DNA of 64,000 nucleotides from Candidatus Kaelpia aquatica. GTDB lineage: Bacteria; Omnitrophota; Gorgyraeia; Kaelpiales; Kaelpiaceae. Location of the stretch: positions 6,784-70,783 of the forward strand of contig JAVCCU010000025.1 of assembly GCA_030765335.1 (NCBI GenBank), given 5' to 3'. Positions 1 through 9,602 of this stretch are shown here, one piece after another (position 1 is the first letter of the stretch; every line of letters starts with the position of its first letter). The notes beneath the pieces were generated by a model. It made no database searches. It saw only the letters and a list, made by a program, of their open reading frames with translations, and was not told where the DNA came from. Both the position numbers and the translations under genes were made by a program.

Positions 1-66
1 TACAATATAATCCTTATTTGTAGGTTTATGGTGATTTAATTTTATTAAAAAAGGAAGGATAGATAG

Positions 67-1740
67 ATGGAATATAAGGATGTTTTTAAAGGAAGTAAGG
101 TTGCATATTTTTCTATGGAGATAGGTGTAAAGCCTGAGTTTTCAACTTATAGCGGTGGTCTTGGTATCTTGGCCGGTGATACTGTTCGCTCCAGTGCGGA
201 TTTAAATATACCTCTTGTCGCTACCACTCTTGTTTCACGCAAAGGTTATTTTAAGCAAGAGTTCAATCGAGATAATTGGCAGATAGAGAAACCAGATCAT
301 TGGGAGCCCAAAGAGTATCTCACATTATTACCTCAGCAGGTTGAAGTTGAGATAGAGAGAAGAGCTGTAAAAGTTCAAGCCTGGTTGTATGTAGTACGAA
401 GTACTACTGGGGGCAGGGTGCCGGTGCTGTTCCTTGATACAGATATAGAAGGCAATAGTGAAGAAGATAGAGATATTACTGCACATCTTTACGGCGGCGA
501 TAAGCGCTATAGAATGAAGCAAGAGATTGTTCTTGGAATAGGCGGTATGAGGATGCTTAAAGCTCTTGAAGTTGAAGTCTCAAAATATCATTTAAATGAA
601 GGTCATGCAAGCTTTCTTACTCTTGAGGTTTTTAAGGAGTTTGAAGGCAATGTTGAAAAGGTGCAAAAAAAATGCATCTTTACTACTCATACTCCTGTTG
701 AAGCCGGACATGATAAGTTCTCTTATCAGCTTGTAGAAGAAGTATTGTCCGACATTGTTCCGCTAGATGTTATTAAAAGTTTTGCCGGCAAGGACTCTTT
801 GAATATGACGCTCCTGGCTTTAAATTTAAGCGGCTTTGTTAATGGTGTTGCAAAGAGTCACGGTGAGACAACAAAAAAGATGTTTCCTGGTTACGTCATA
901 AGTTCGGTTACAAATGGAGTACATCCTTATACTTGGACGGAAGACAATTTTAAAAAACTATATGATAAATATCTTCCCGGTTGGGCTAAGGAGCCTGGGC
1001 TTTTGGGTAGAGTTGAGATTATACCCCATGAGGAAGTTTGGGAGGCGCATTATGCAGCAAAGCAGAGTCTCATTGAGCTTATAAACAGTAAGTCGAAGAT
1101 AAAATTCTCTGAGGATGTTTTTACAATAGGATTTGCAAGACGTGCAACAACATATAAAAGACATGCGCTTTTATTTCAGGATTTGGAGCGGCTTAAGGAT
1201 ATCAGCTCTAAGTTTCCTATTCAAATTATATTTGCCGGTAAAGCGCATCCTTATGATGATCCTGGCAAGAAGATGATTCAAGAGATCTTCTCTTATGCTG
1301 AGAAACTTAAGAATGAGATAAAGATTGCCTATATCGAAAATTATAATATGGAAAAAGCTCAAAAAATGATTCCCGGAGTTGATCTTTGGCTTAATACACC
1401 TAAGCGTCCGATGGAGGCATCAGGCACTAGCGGTATGAAAGCAGCTTTAAATGGAGGTGTAAATTTCTCTATACCTGATGGCTGGTGGATTGAAGGCTGT
1501 ATTGAAGGAGTCACGGGTTGGACCATAGGTCCTATCGAAGAAGATTTTACCAAAAAGGACTTAGAGCTTGAGGAGAAGCATGATCTCTATGGTAAACTTG
1601 AATATGCGATATTACCGATGTTCTATGAACAGAGAGATAATTGGATTGATATAATGAAGAATTCAATCGGTAAGGTTGCAAATTATTTTAATAGTCATCG
1701 TATGATGCATCGTTATATAACAGATGCATATTTTGGCTAA
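67..1740 (+). CDS. glgP: alpha-glucan (glycogen/maltodextrin) phosphorylase, short form
   Basis: YFSMEIG, YSGGLGILAGD, LNEGH, FARRATTYKR, AGKAHP, EASGTSGMK (PLP lysine) motifs. Confidence 0.93.
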   Translation: MEYKDVFKGSKVAYFSMEIGVKPEFSTYSGGLGILAGDTVRSSADLNIPLVATTLVSRKGYFKQEFNRDNWQIEKPDHWEPKEYLTLLPQQVEVEIERRAVKVQAWLYVVRSTTGGRVPVLFLDTDIEGNSEEDRDITAHLYGGDKRYRMKQEIVLGIGGMRMLKALEVEVSKYHLNEGHASFLTLEVFKEFEGNVEKVQKKCIFTTHTPVEAGHDKFSYQLVEEVLSDIVPLDVIKSFAGKDSLNMTLLALNLSGFVNGVAKSHGETTKKMFPGYVISSVTNGVHPYTWTEDNFKKLYDKYLPGWAKEPGLLGRVEIIPHEEVWEAHYAAKQSLIELINSKSKIKFSEDVFTIGFARRATTYKRHALLFQDLERLKDISSKFPIQIIFAGKAHPYDDPGKKMIQEIFSYAEKLKNEIKIAYIENYNMEKAQKMIPGVDLWLNTPKRPMEASGTSGMKAALNGGVNFSIPDGWWIEGCIEGVTGWTIGPIEEDFTKKDLELEEKHDLYGKLEYAILPMFYEQRDNWIDIMKNSIGKVANYFNSHRMMHRYITDAYFG

Positions 1741-1767
1741 GAGAAGTTAGCATTAAACTTTCTAGGT

Positions 1768-2364
1768 ATGGATGTTAAAAAGGCCCTCTTTATTGTAGAT
1801 GTTCAGAACGATTTCTGTTTAAGGGGGACGTTAGCTGTGAAAGATGCCGATAGAATCATTCCAGTACTAAATAAATATATTGCTCTCTTCCAGAAGAAAA
1901 AATATCCAACGGTTGCTTCTAGAGATTGGCATCCAAATAATTCACAGCATTTTAAAGACTTTGGTGGTCTTTGGCCGCTGCACTGTATACAGGGAACAGC
2001 AGGAGCTGAGTTCCATTCAGAGTTAGAATTACCTCAAAATACAATTATTATTTCATCTGGGGTAGGCGTTAAAGAGGATGGGTATTCTGCTTTTGAGGGA
2101 AGAGACCCTAGAGATGTAGCTTTAGAAGATATTTTAAAAAATTTAAGCATTGAAGAGCTTTATATTGGCGGGATTGCTACTGATTACTGTGTTAAGGCTA
2201 CAGCTTTAGATGCTTTAAAGTTGGGCTTTAAAGTTGTGATTTTAACTGATGGGGTGAAAGGGGTTAATATAGAGAGAGATGATTCCAATAAGGCATTGGA
2301 TCAGATGGTCTCTAAAGGTGCTTCTCTGATAGATTTTAAGGAGCTAGAGGCAGGATGGGTATAG
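1768..2364 (+). CDS. pncA: nicotinamidase/pyrazinamidase
   Basis: VDVQNDF, DWHP, WPLHC, YSAF, GIATDYCV motifs. Confidence 0.92.
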   Translation: MDVKKALFIVDVQNDFCLRGTLAVKDADRIIPVLNKYIALFQKKKYPTVASRDWHPNNSQHFKDFGGLWPLHCIQGTAGAEFHSELELPQNTIIISSGVGVKEDGYSAFEGRDPRDVALEDILKNLSIEELYIGGIATDYCVKATALDALKLGFKVVILTDGVKGVNIERDDSNKALDQMVSKGASLIDFKELEAGWV

Positions 2365-2870
2365 TCTCAAAGAGAGGAGATAAGGGCAGAACATCGCTTC
2401 TTTATTCAAAGAGGGTAGATAAGGATAATCTCTTAATTGAGGCTGTTGGTGTCTTAGATGAGCTCAATGCTTTTTTAGGTTTATCGAAGTCGTGTATAAG
2501 ATGCAGGAGAAGAAAGAAGATTATAGCGGATATTCAAAAAGATTTATCCCTGATAGCTGCTGAGCTGGTTATAGATGAATCCAAGTATAAAAGTTTAAAG
2601 GAAAAGATAACTTTAGAGAGGATATCTTATCTTGAAAAATTGATAGAGAGTTTTGAGAAAAAAAATAGCGTCAACTCTTTTATTAGTCTAGACTCCAATG
2701 GCTGTTCAGCTTCCATAAATGTTGCCCGGGCTATATCGAGAAAATTAGAGAGAAGAGCAGTGAGCTTAAAAAAGAGAAAGCTTCTTTTAAATGATGCAAT
2801 ATTGGTCTACCTGAACAGGCTGTCTGATTTGTTGTTTCTTTTAGCTATCTCTTTTCAGAAACATGAATGA
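2355..2870 (+). CDS. pduO: PduO-type cob(I)alamin adenosyltransferase
   Basis: KRGDKGRTSL, GVLDELNA, RKLERR, YLNRLSDLLF motifs. Confidence 0.85.
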   Translation: MGIVSKRGDKGRTSLLYSKRVDKDNLLIEAVGVLDELNAFLGLSKSCIRCRRRKKIIADIQKDLSLIAAELVIDESKYKSLKEKITLERISYLEKLIESFEKKNSVNSFISLDSNGCSASINVARAISRKLERRAVSLKKRKLLLNDAILVYLNRLSDLLFLLAISFQKHE

Positions 2871-3501
2871 TAGCAAGAGGGCTATTAAGATAATAGAGGT
2901 TTTAGGCAAGAAGTATCCTGGGAGCAAAACAGCTTTATTCTATAAAAATCCTTTTCAGCTTCTTGTCGCGACAATTCTATCTGCTCAGTGTACTGATAAA
3001 AAAGTTAACGAGATAACTCCCGGGATTTTCAATAAATATAAAGATGTTTATGGTTTTTCAGCTGCTGAAGAAAAAGAACTAGAAGAGAATATCTACTCTA
3101 GTGGTTTTTATAAAAATAAGACTAAAAACATAATAGCTTCCTCCAAGATAATAGTCAGAGATTTCAATGGCAAGGTGCCAGACAGTATGGCCTCTCTTCT
3201 TAAATTGCCTGGAGTTGCAAGAAAGACAGCCAATATAGTTCTATCTTCTGGATTTCAAAAGATAGAGGGAGTAGCTGTCGATACGCATGTCAAGAGACTC
3301 TCTACTCGGTTCGGTTTTAGCAGCAATAGTAATCCTGATAAGATAGAGAAGGATTTGATCTCTATTTTCCCTAAGAGCTATTGGCTGAAATTAAATCATA
3401 TTTTGGTGAACCATGGTAGGGAGACCTGTAAAGCGCGCAATCCGTTATGCCTTAAGTGTGCTGTTGGTTATCTCTGTAAATCAGAAGATAAGAGAAGATG
3501 A
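2863..3501 (+). CDS. nth: endonuclease III
   Basis: LSAQCTD, HhH LPGVARKTA, VDTHV, C-terminal CX6CX2CX5C Fe-S motif. Confidence 0.96.
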   Translation: MNDSKRAIKIIEVLGKKYPGSKTALFYKNPFQLLVATILSAQCTDKKVNEITPGIFNKYKDVYGFSAAEEKELEENIYSSGFYKNKTKNIIASSKIIVRDFNGKVPDSMASLLKLPGVARKTANIVLSSGFQKIEGVAVDTHVKRLSTRFGFSSNSNPDKIEKDLISIFPKSYWLKLNHILVNHGRETCKARNPLCLKCAVGYLCKSEDKRR

Positions 3502-4499
3502 AGAGAGAGGCTTACTTATATCATAAGATTGAAGATAGTAAGGTTAGGTGCTTTCTATGTAATCATAATTGTGTAATCATTGATTCTGAATATGGATTTT
3601 GCGGTGTTAGAAAGAATGAGAAAGGAATTCTTTATAGCGATGTTTATGCAGAGCCGGCGGCATTGCATGTAGACCCCATTGAAAAAAAACCACTCTACCA
3701 CTTTTATCCTGGAAGCTTATCTTATTCTATGGCAACCATCGGGTGCAATTTTAGATGCGAATTTTGTCAAAACTGGCAGATATCACAGAGATCGAAAAGC
3801 GATTTTAAGCCGGAAAGAATAGTTCTTCCTGAAGATATTGCCTATTATGCTAAAGAAAATAATTGCTCCAGTATAAGCTATACTTATACAGAGCCGACTG
3901 TCTTTTTTGAGTATGCTTACGATATAGCTAAAATAGCTCATAAAGAAGGTCTGCATAATATCTTTGTTACCAATGGTTATATGAGTACCGAAGCTATAGA
4001 TAAGATAGCGCCGTACTTAAATGCTGCTAATGTCGACTTGAAAAGTTTTAACGATGGTTTCTATGTTAAAAATTGTAAGGCACATCTAAAGCCGGTTTTA
4101 GATTCAATTAAATATATGAAAGAGAGAGGCATATGGATTGAAATCACGACTTTAATTATTCCCGGGGAAAATGACTCTGGTCAGGAGTTGATGCAGTTAG
4201 CCGATTTTGTTGCTTCTGTTGGGGTAGAGATCCCTTGGCATATAAGTAGGTTTCATCCGGATTATAAATATTTGAAATCTGAGTCTACACCTATTGAAAC
4301 TTTGAAAATGGCAAAAGAGATAGCTAGGAGCAGGGGGTTAAGGTATGTCTATCTTGGCAACGTATTTGAGGGCAATGATAGTCTCTGCTATAATTGCGCT
4401 AAGCTGCTTATAAAAAGATCTGGCCTTAATCTTAGCGCTAATAATTTAGATAGCGGCAGCTGTCCTTACTGCGGGGTTTCAATAGACGGCCTGTTCTAA
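3498..4499 (+). CDS. amrS: AmmeMemoRadiSam system radical SAM enzyme (PFL-activase-like)
   Basis: DPIEKKPLYHF, GCNFRCEFCQNW, SYTYTEP, PWHISRFHP. Confidence 0.9.
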   Translation: MKREAYLYHKIEDSKVRCFLCNHNCVIIDSEYGFCGVRKNEKGILYSDVYAEPAALHVDPIEKKPLYHFYPGSLSYSMATIGCNFRCEFCQNWQISQRSKSDFKPERIVLPEDIAYYAKENNCSSISYTYTEPTVFFEYAYDIAKIAHKEGLHNIFVTNGYMSTEAIDKIAPYLNAANVDLKSFNDGFYVKNCKAHLKPVLDSIKYMKERGIWIEITTLIIPGENDSGQELMQLADFVASVGVEIPWHISRFHPDYKYLKSESTPIETLKMAKEIARSRGLRYVYLGNVFEGNDSLCYNCAKLLIKRSGLNLSANNLDSGSCPYCGVSIDGLF

Positions 4500-4508
4500 T
4501 TTTCATAT

Positions 4509-4538
4509 TTGACAATAGTATAAGTCTATGGTATAAAT
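4509..4538 (+). promoter_or_regulatory. sigma70-type promoter of LacI gene
   Basis: TTGACA (4509-4514), 17 bp, TG-extended TATAAA (4532-4537). Confidence 0.75.
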
Positions 4539-4541
4539 CTT

Positions 4542-4570
4542 ATGTAAACGATTACAGCAAACGTTTACAT
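4542..4570. promoter_or_regulatory. tandem LacI-family operators
   Basis: TGTAAACGATTACA and AGCAAACGTTTACA, both with central CG, just downstream of the -10 and upstream of a LacI gene. Confidence 0.7.
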
Positions 4571-4582
4571 GGGAGATAAGAT

Positions 4583-5593
4583 ATGAAAAGAATAACTATA
4601 AAAGAGGTAGCAGAGAGAGCCGGAGTATCAATTGCTACAGTCTCAAGGGCTTTAAACTCTAGAACAGAGAAATCTGTTAAGCAGGATACTCTAGAGAAGA
4701 TAAAGGATATTATTAGAGAATTAAAATATTTTCCCAATAGATCGGCGAGCTCCCTAAGGCATGGTTTTTCACGAACAATAGGTTTGCCTATGAATTTTAA
4801 GACAGATACTACCTCAGGCTATGTTGGCGAGATAATGAAAGGTGTATTAAGAGGTTTAGACGAGATAGGGTACGACTTAAAGCTTATATCTCAAGAAGAG
4901 TTTGTTTCACTTCAAACGCTGCTTGATAGTGCCGGTGTAGATGGATTAATTATTACCCATGCTTACCATATAGCATACCCTCATCTAGAGGAAGAGTTGA
5001 AAAATAAAAAGTCTTTTCCTCTTGTTGTTATGAATGATTATAATCCTGACTTAGATATCAATCAGGTTTATATAGATACTTATCAGGCAACATGCGATAT
5101 GACGGAGTATGTTATTAAAAAAAACAATTCTGATCTCTATCTTTTAGGCGGAGAGGTATATTCTCAAGATGCTCAAAGAAGAGAGAAAGCTTTTTTAGAT
5201 ACGCTGGCTAAGCATAATATTGATTTTGGCGAAAGTAGAATTTTAAATGGTCATTTTAATGAAACTGGCGGATACGAGATGACCAAACAAATATTTATTA
5301 AAAATCCTGATTTTAAAGGATTGATATATTCTCTTAACGATGCTATGGCGATAGGTGCTTTGCGTGCATTAGGTGAACTCTGCCTCAATTGTCCTAGAGA
5401 TGTTAAAGTTGTTGGCTTTGATGATATAGCTATTTCAGAGCATATGAATCCGCCGTTGACAACTATCCATGTTCCTTTATCTGAGATGGGTTATGAGGCA
5501 ATTAAAATAATATATGGTATTTTCACTGGAGAGATTATAGGTGCTCAAAAGCCCCAGTTTGATTATAGATTGATTCAAAGAGAATCTTGTTAA
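4583..5593 (+). CDS. LacI-family transcriptional regulator
   Basis: ITIKEVAERAGVSIATVSRALN HTH; VVGFDD, PPLTTI in the sugar-binding domain. Confidence 0.95.
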   Translation: MKRITIKEVAERAGVSIATVSRALNSRTEKSVKQDTLEKIKDIIRELKYFPNRSASSLRHGFSRTIGLPMNFKTDTTSGYVGEIMKGVLRGLDEIGYDLKLISQEEFVSLQTLLDSAGVDGLIITHAYHIAYPHLEEELKNKKSFPLVVMNDYNPDLDINQVYIDTYQATCDMTEYVIKKNNSDLYLLGGEVYSQDAQRREKAFLDTLAKHNIDFGESRILNGHFNETGGYEMTKQIFIKNPDFKGLIYSLNDAMAIGALRALGELCLNCPRDVKVVGFDDIAISEHMNPPLTTIHVPLSEMGYEAIKIIYGIFTGEIIGAQKPQFDYRLIQRESC

Positions 5594-5641
5594 TTTAAAA
5601 AAGGGGTGCTATTTGTTTAGAATGAAAAGTCAAATGGTAGC

Positions 5642-7543
5642 TTAAATTTTAAGCTGCCATTCAGCATTAACAATATCACGATTTAAAACGCTAGATGCTT
5701 TATTTATCTTTTCTCTTAGATTTTCAGATATTATTCTTTGATTCATATCTCTCAATACTTGATTTGTCATGCGAAAGTTTCTTACAATTGCACCTTCATC
5801 TAAAGATGTCAGGTTAATTATTTTATTGAATTCACTGCCTCTGAGCCAAGCTTGCAATGTTTGCGCGAGTTGAAAATGAGGTTTTAATATTCGTGGATAG
5901 ATTCTGTGTGTTTTTTCTATTTTTTGTATCTTAGCTACGGTATTAGTGATTTTTAATCTCAGTTTTCTCAATCCTTTGTCTAGCTTTATCTCTGTATCTT
6001 TAGCTCTTGATTCTGTAATTATCGCGCATATTACTATTGTTAATTCTATCCAGGATATATTTTCAAAAAATCCTGCTTCATATAGCTCGCCCACTATGAG
6101 CTCATAACCAAATACATTAGACGAGAATTTGCCTTTTAATGTTAGTTCTTGATTTTTTATATAACCTAAGTTTTTCAATAGCTTTAACTTAGAACTAAGC
6201 ATCTTTGCTTCTCTTGACTTCCTATGTCTATTTTGAAAATAGTGGAAACTTTTAGGGTAGATGGTTATTATCTCATCTTGGATATCATTATATAGGTTTA
6301 AGATTGTTGCATAGGATGCGTTAAATTGACTCTTTATAAGTTCGGGTCTATTTCTGGCAATGATCTCCATCTTCTCAATATCGTCTTTAAACGGTTTAAG
6401 TTTTACAAAGACGTAGCCTTCTTCATCTATTCCGCGTCTGCCTGCGCGCCCTGCCATTTGATAAAAATCTCTGGTACTTAGATAATGCGCTCTTCTTTTG
6501 TAATGTTTTGCTATTTCATCGAAACAGACAGTACGTGATGGCATATTGATGCCTAATGCAAATGTCTCCGTTGTAAATATTACCTTAATCATTTTTTTGG
6601 TAAATATTCTTTCAATAATCTCCTTTAGAGGCGGCAATAATCCTGCATGATGGTAGGCGATGCCCCTCTCCAGCAGGTGCAGCATGTCATGGGTAGATGT
6701 ATGCTGTTCTATTTTGAATTTTTTTACCAGCTCTTTATAGAGGTTCTTAATATCTCTCTTTTCTTCTTCGGTTAAAAAATTGAACTGGGAGAGATCTTTT
6801 GCATAATTTTCACATTTTTTTCTTGAGAAACAGAAATATATACAAGGCAAGAAACCATTGGTTTTTAGATGTTTAATTAAAGAGTCTATTCTATTATTTA
6901 AGAAGAATTTACCTCTCTCTCTGGAGCTATATTTTTTTAAATCTTTAAGATTTGAGAAAATCTGATTATCTGCCTGAAAATAGAAATGCAAAGGCACTGG
7001 TCTGACGGCCTCTTCTATCTCTATTATGTTTTGATTATGAACTTTTTTGATCCAATTTTTAAACTCACCCACGTTAGGCAGTGTTGCAGATAGCGCTAAT
7101 ATTCTCATTTCTGGAGGCAGGAATATAATAGATTCTTCCCAGACGGTGCCTCTCTCTGGGTCATCAAGATAATGTACTTCATCAAATATCACCCATTTTT
7201 TATCTTTTAGTTTTTCTGGTTCCTGGAGGAGGTAGTTTCTAAATATCTCTGTTGTCATGATTAAAATAGGGGCTCTGGGATTTATTCTGACATCACCTGT
7301 TATTATTCCGACTTTTTGAGGAAAGTTTTTAGAGAAATCTCTGAACTTCTGATTGCTCAAAGCTTTTATTGGTGCTGTGTATATAAGCCCCTTATTCTCC
7401 TTGAGGCATTTCTCGATTGCATATTCAGCAATGAGAGTCTTGCCAGCGCCTGTTGGTGCTGCCACAATAACGGAATTATTTTTATCAATATGCTCAATGG
7501 CATCTTTTTGGAAGTTATCAAGTATGATATTTTCTGTTAGCAT
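5642..7543 (-). CDS. Ski2/HelY-like DEAD/DEAH-box RNA helicase
   Basis: APTGAGKT, PIKALSNQK, DEVH, SAT, HHAG, QMAGRAGRRG, DSHCT-like C-terminus. Confidence 0.9.
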   Translation of the reverse strand: MLTENIILDNFQKDAIEHIDKNNSVIVAAPTGAGKTLIAEYAIEKCLKENKGLIYTAPIKALSNQKFRDFSKNFPQKVGIITGDVRINPRAPILIMTTEIFRNYLLQEPEKLKDKKWVIFDEVHYLDDPERGTVWEESIIFLPPEMRILALSATLPNVGEFKNWIKKVHNQNIIEIEEAVRPVPLHFYFQADNQIFSNLKDLKKYSSRERGKFFLNNRIDSLIKHLKTNGFLPCIYFCFSRKKCENYAKDLSQFNFLTEEEKRDIKNLYKELVKKFKIEQHTSTHDMLHLLERGIAYHHAGLLPPLKEIIERIFTKKMIKVIFTTETFALGINMPSRTVCFDEIAKHYKRRAHYLSTRDFYQMAGRAGRRGIDEEGYVFVKLKPFKDDIEKMEIIARNRPELIKSQFNASYATILNLYNDIQDEIITIYPKSFHYFQNRHRKSREAKMLSSKLKLLKNLGYIKNQELTLKGKFSSNVFGYELIVGELYEAGFFENISWIELTIVICAIITESRAKDTEIKLDKGLRKLRLKITNTVAKIQKIEKTHRIYPRILKPHFQLAQTLQAWLRGSEFNKIINLTSLDEGAIVRNFRMTNQVLRDMNQRIISENLREKINKASSVLNRDIVNAEWQLKI

Positions 7544-7656
7544 TAGTATATATAATATATAATAAATTGAATTCTTTCAAGGTAAAGTAGTCTAATTGAC
7601 AAAATAGACTATTTATATTAACATTAAAGCGCTGATTTAAATTAAGGAGGATTAAA

Positions 7657-8817
7657 ATGTTGGACTACCTGTTAACAGAAGAACAGCAGATGTTAAAAGA
7701 GTTGGCTCATAAGATCGCAGAGGAGAAGATACGCCCTGTTGCAAAAGAGTACGATGAATCGGGCGAGTTCCCCTGGGATATTATGAAGATCCTTGCTCAG
7801 AGTGACCTGTTTGGGGTCTACATAGATGAAAAATATGGCGGTTTTGGAGGAGGCGTATTTGAGTTATCCCTCGTTGCTGAAGAGCTCTCTCGTGCCTGCG
7901 GTGGTATCGCTGTAAGCTATGCAGCTTCAGCACTAGGAACTTATCCTATTATTCTTTTTGGCAACGATGAGCAGAAAGACAAGTATTTACCTGATATTGC
8001 AAGCGGTAAGAAGATAGCTGCTTTTGCAATAACAGAGCCGAATGCAGGATCTGATGCTTCTGCTATGGAGAGCAAGGCTCAAAAAGATGGCGATTCTTAT
8101 ATATTGAATGGAAGAAAGCAATGGATTACAAATGGCGGTGAAGCAGAGACTTATGTAGTTATTGCAATGACAAATAAAGCTAAAGGGGCCAGAGGTGCAA
8201 CAGCTTTTATACTTGAAAAAGGTATGGAAGGCTTTGATTTTGGCAAAAAAGAGGACAAACTTGGTATCCGTGCATCAGCGACAAGAGAGCTTATTTTTAA
8301 TAATTGCCGTGTTCCTAAAGAGAATGTTTTGGGTAAAGAAGGCCTAGGCTTTGTAGTTGCTATGAAGACTTTTGACTGTTCTCGCCCTGGAGTTGCAGCG
8401 CAGGCTCTGGGTATTGCTCAGGGAGCGCTTGAGCTGGCTACTGAGTATGCTCATCAGAGACACCAGTTTAATAAGCCGATAACAAGTTTTCAGGGAATAC
8501 AGTTTATGCTTGCCGATATGGCAATGCAGATTGAAGCAGCAAGGGCTTTAATCTATGCTACTTGCAGAATGGTGGACAGCGGTAATATGTCTGTGGCTAA
8601 AGAGTCGGCTATAACCAAGGTGTTTGCATCCGATGTTGCTATGAAGGTTACGACTGATTGCCTTCAGATATTCGGCGGGTATGGTTATATGAAAGAGTAT
8701 CCTATAGAAAAATATATGAGAGATGCAAAGATCACTCAAATATATGAAGGTACAAATCAGATATTAAGGGGTGTAATTGCATCTCATCTTATCAAGGAGC
8801 AGACTAAGAAAAAGTGA
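7657..8817 (+). CDS. acyl-CoA dehydrogenase (Bcd/CarC-like)
   Basis: FAITEPNAGSD, NGRKQWITNG, QIFGGYGY, IYEGTNQI; RBS AAGGAGG. Confidence 0.93.
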   Translation: MLDYLLTEEQQMLKELAHKIAEEKIRPVAKEYDESGEFPWDIMKILAQSDLFGVYIDEKYGGFGGGVFELSLVAEELSRACGGIAVSYAASALGTYPIILFGNDEQKDKYLPDIASGKKIAAFAITEPNAGSDASAMESKAQKDGDSYILNGRKQWITNGGEAETYVVIAMTNKAKGARGATAFILEKGMEGFDFGKKEDKLGIRASATRELIFNNCRVPKENVLGKEGLGFVVAMKTFDCSRPGVAAQALGIAQGALELATEYAHQRHQFNKPITSFQGIQFMLADMAMQIEAARALIYATCRMVDSGNMSVAKESAITKVFASDVAMKVTTDCLQIFGGYGYMKEYPIEKYMRDAKITQIYEGTNQILRGVIASHLIKEQTKKK

Positions 8818-9602
8818 AAGTCATAGTCTGCATAAAACAGGTACCTGACACAACGAATGTCAAGATAGATCCAGAGACCAATACTTTAATTCGTGAAGGC
8901 GTTGAATCTATCATTAATCCTTTTGATACTTATGCTATTGAAGAAGGCTTGCGTATTAAGGAGAGGCTGGATGGGGTAGAGGTGATCGCTTTAACTATGG
9001 GCCCTCCTCAAGCAGAAGAGGCATTAAGAGAAGCGATATCTTTAGGTGTAGATAGAGCGGTGCTCTTATCAGATAGAAAGTTTGCAGGCTCAGATACCTG
9101 GGCTACAAGTTATGCCTTATCAAAAGCTATAGAGAAGATAGGAGATTATGGTTTAATTATATGTGGTAAGCAGGCAATAGATGGTGATACTGCCCAAGTT
9201 GGGCCTGGGATATCATCCTGGCTCGATCTTCCCCAGGCAGCATATGTTAGGCATATAGAAAAGCTGTCTAGAGATAAGGCGACTGTTGAGCGGATGACAG
9301 AAGAGGGCTATGATGTTATAGAGATACCGTTTCCTGCTGTATTTACTGTAGTAAAAGAGATCAATGAGCCTCGGTTCCCTTCACTTAAAGGCAAGATGCG
9401 TGCAAAGAGAGCCGAGATAGAAGTATGGTCGGCAGCTGATGTAGGCTTAGATGAATCTTGCGTTGGATTAAACAATTCTCCTACAAGAGTAGTGAAGATA
9501 TTTACACCTCCAGTTAGAGAGAAAGGCATGATCTTAGAGGGAGATATATCAGAAAACGTTGATAAGTTAACAGATTTAATAAGGGATGTTTTGATAGGAT
9601 GA
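8814..9602 (+). CDS. etfB: electron transfer flavoprotein beta subunit
   Basis: VCIKQVPDT, INPFD, GSDTWATS, CGKQAIDGDTAQVGP, NEPR. Confidence 0.95.
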   Translation: MKVIVCIKQVPDTTNVKIDPETNTLIREGVESIINPFDTYAIEEGLRIKERLDGVEVIALTMGPPQAEEALREAISLGVDRAVLLSDRKFAGSDTWATSYALSKAIEKIGDYGLIICGKQAIDGDTAQVGPGISSWLDLPQAAYVRHIEKLSRDKATVERMTEEGYDVIEIPFPAVFTVVKEINEPRFPSLKGKMRAKRAEIEVWSAADVGLDESCVGLNNSPTRVVKIFTPPVREKGMILEGDISENVDKLTDLIRDVLIG

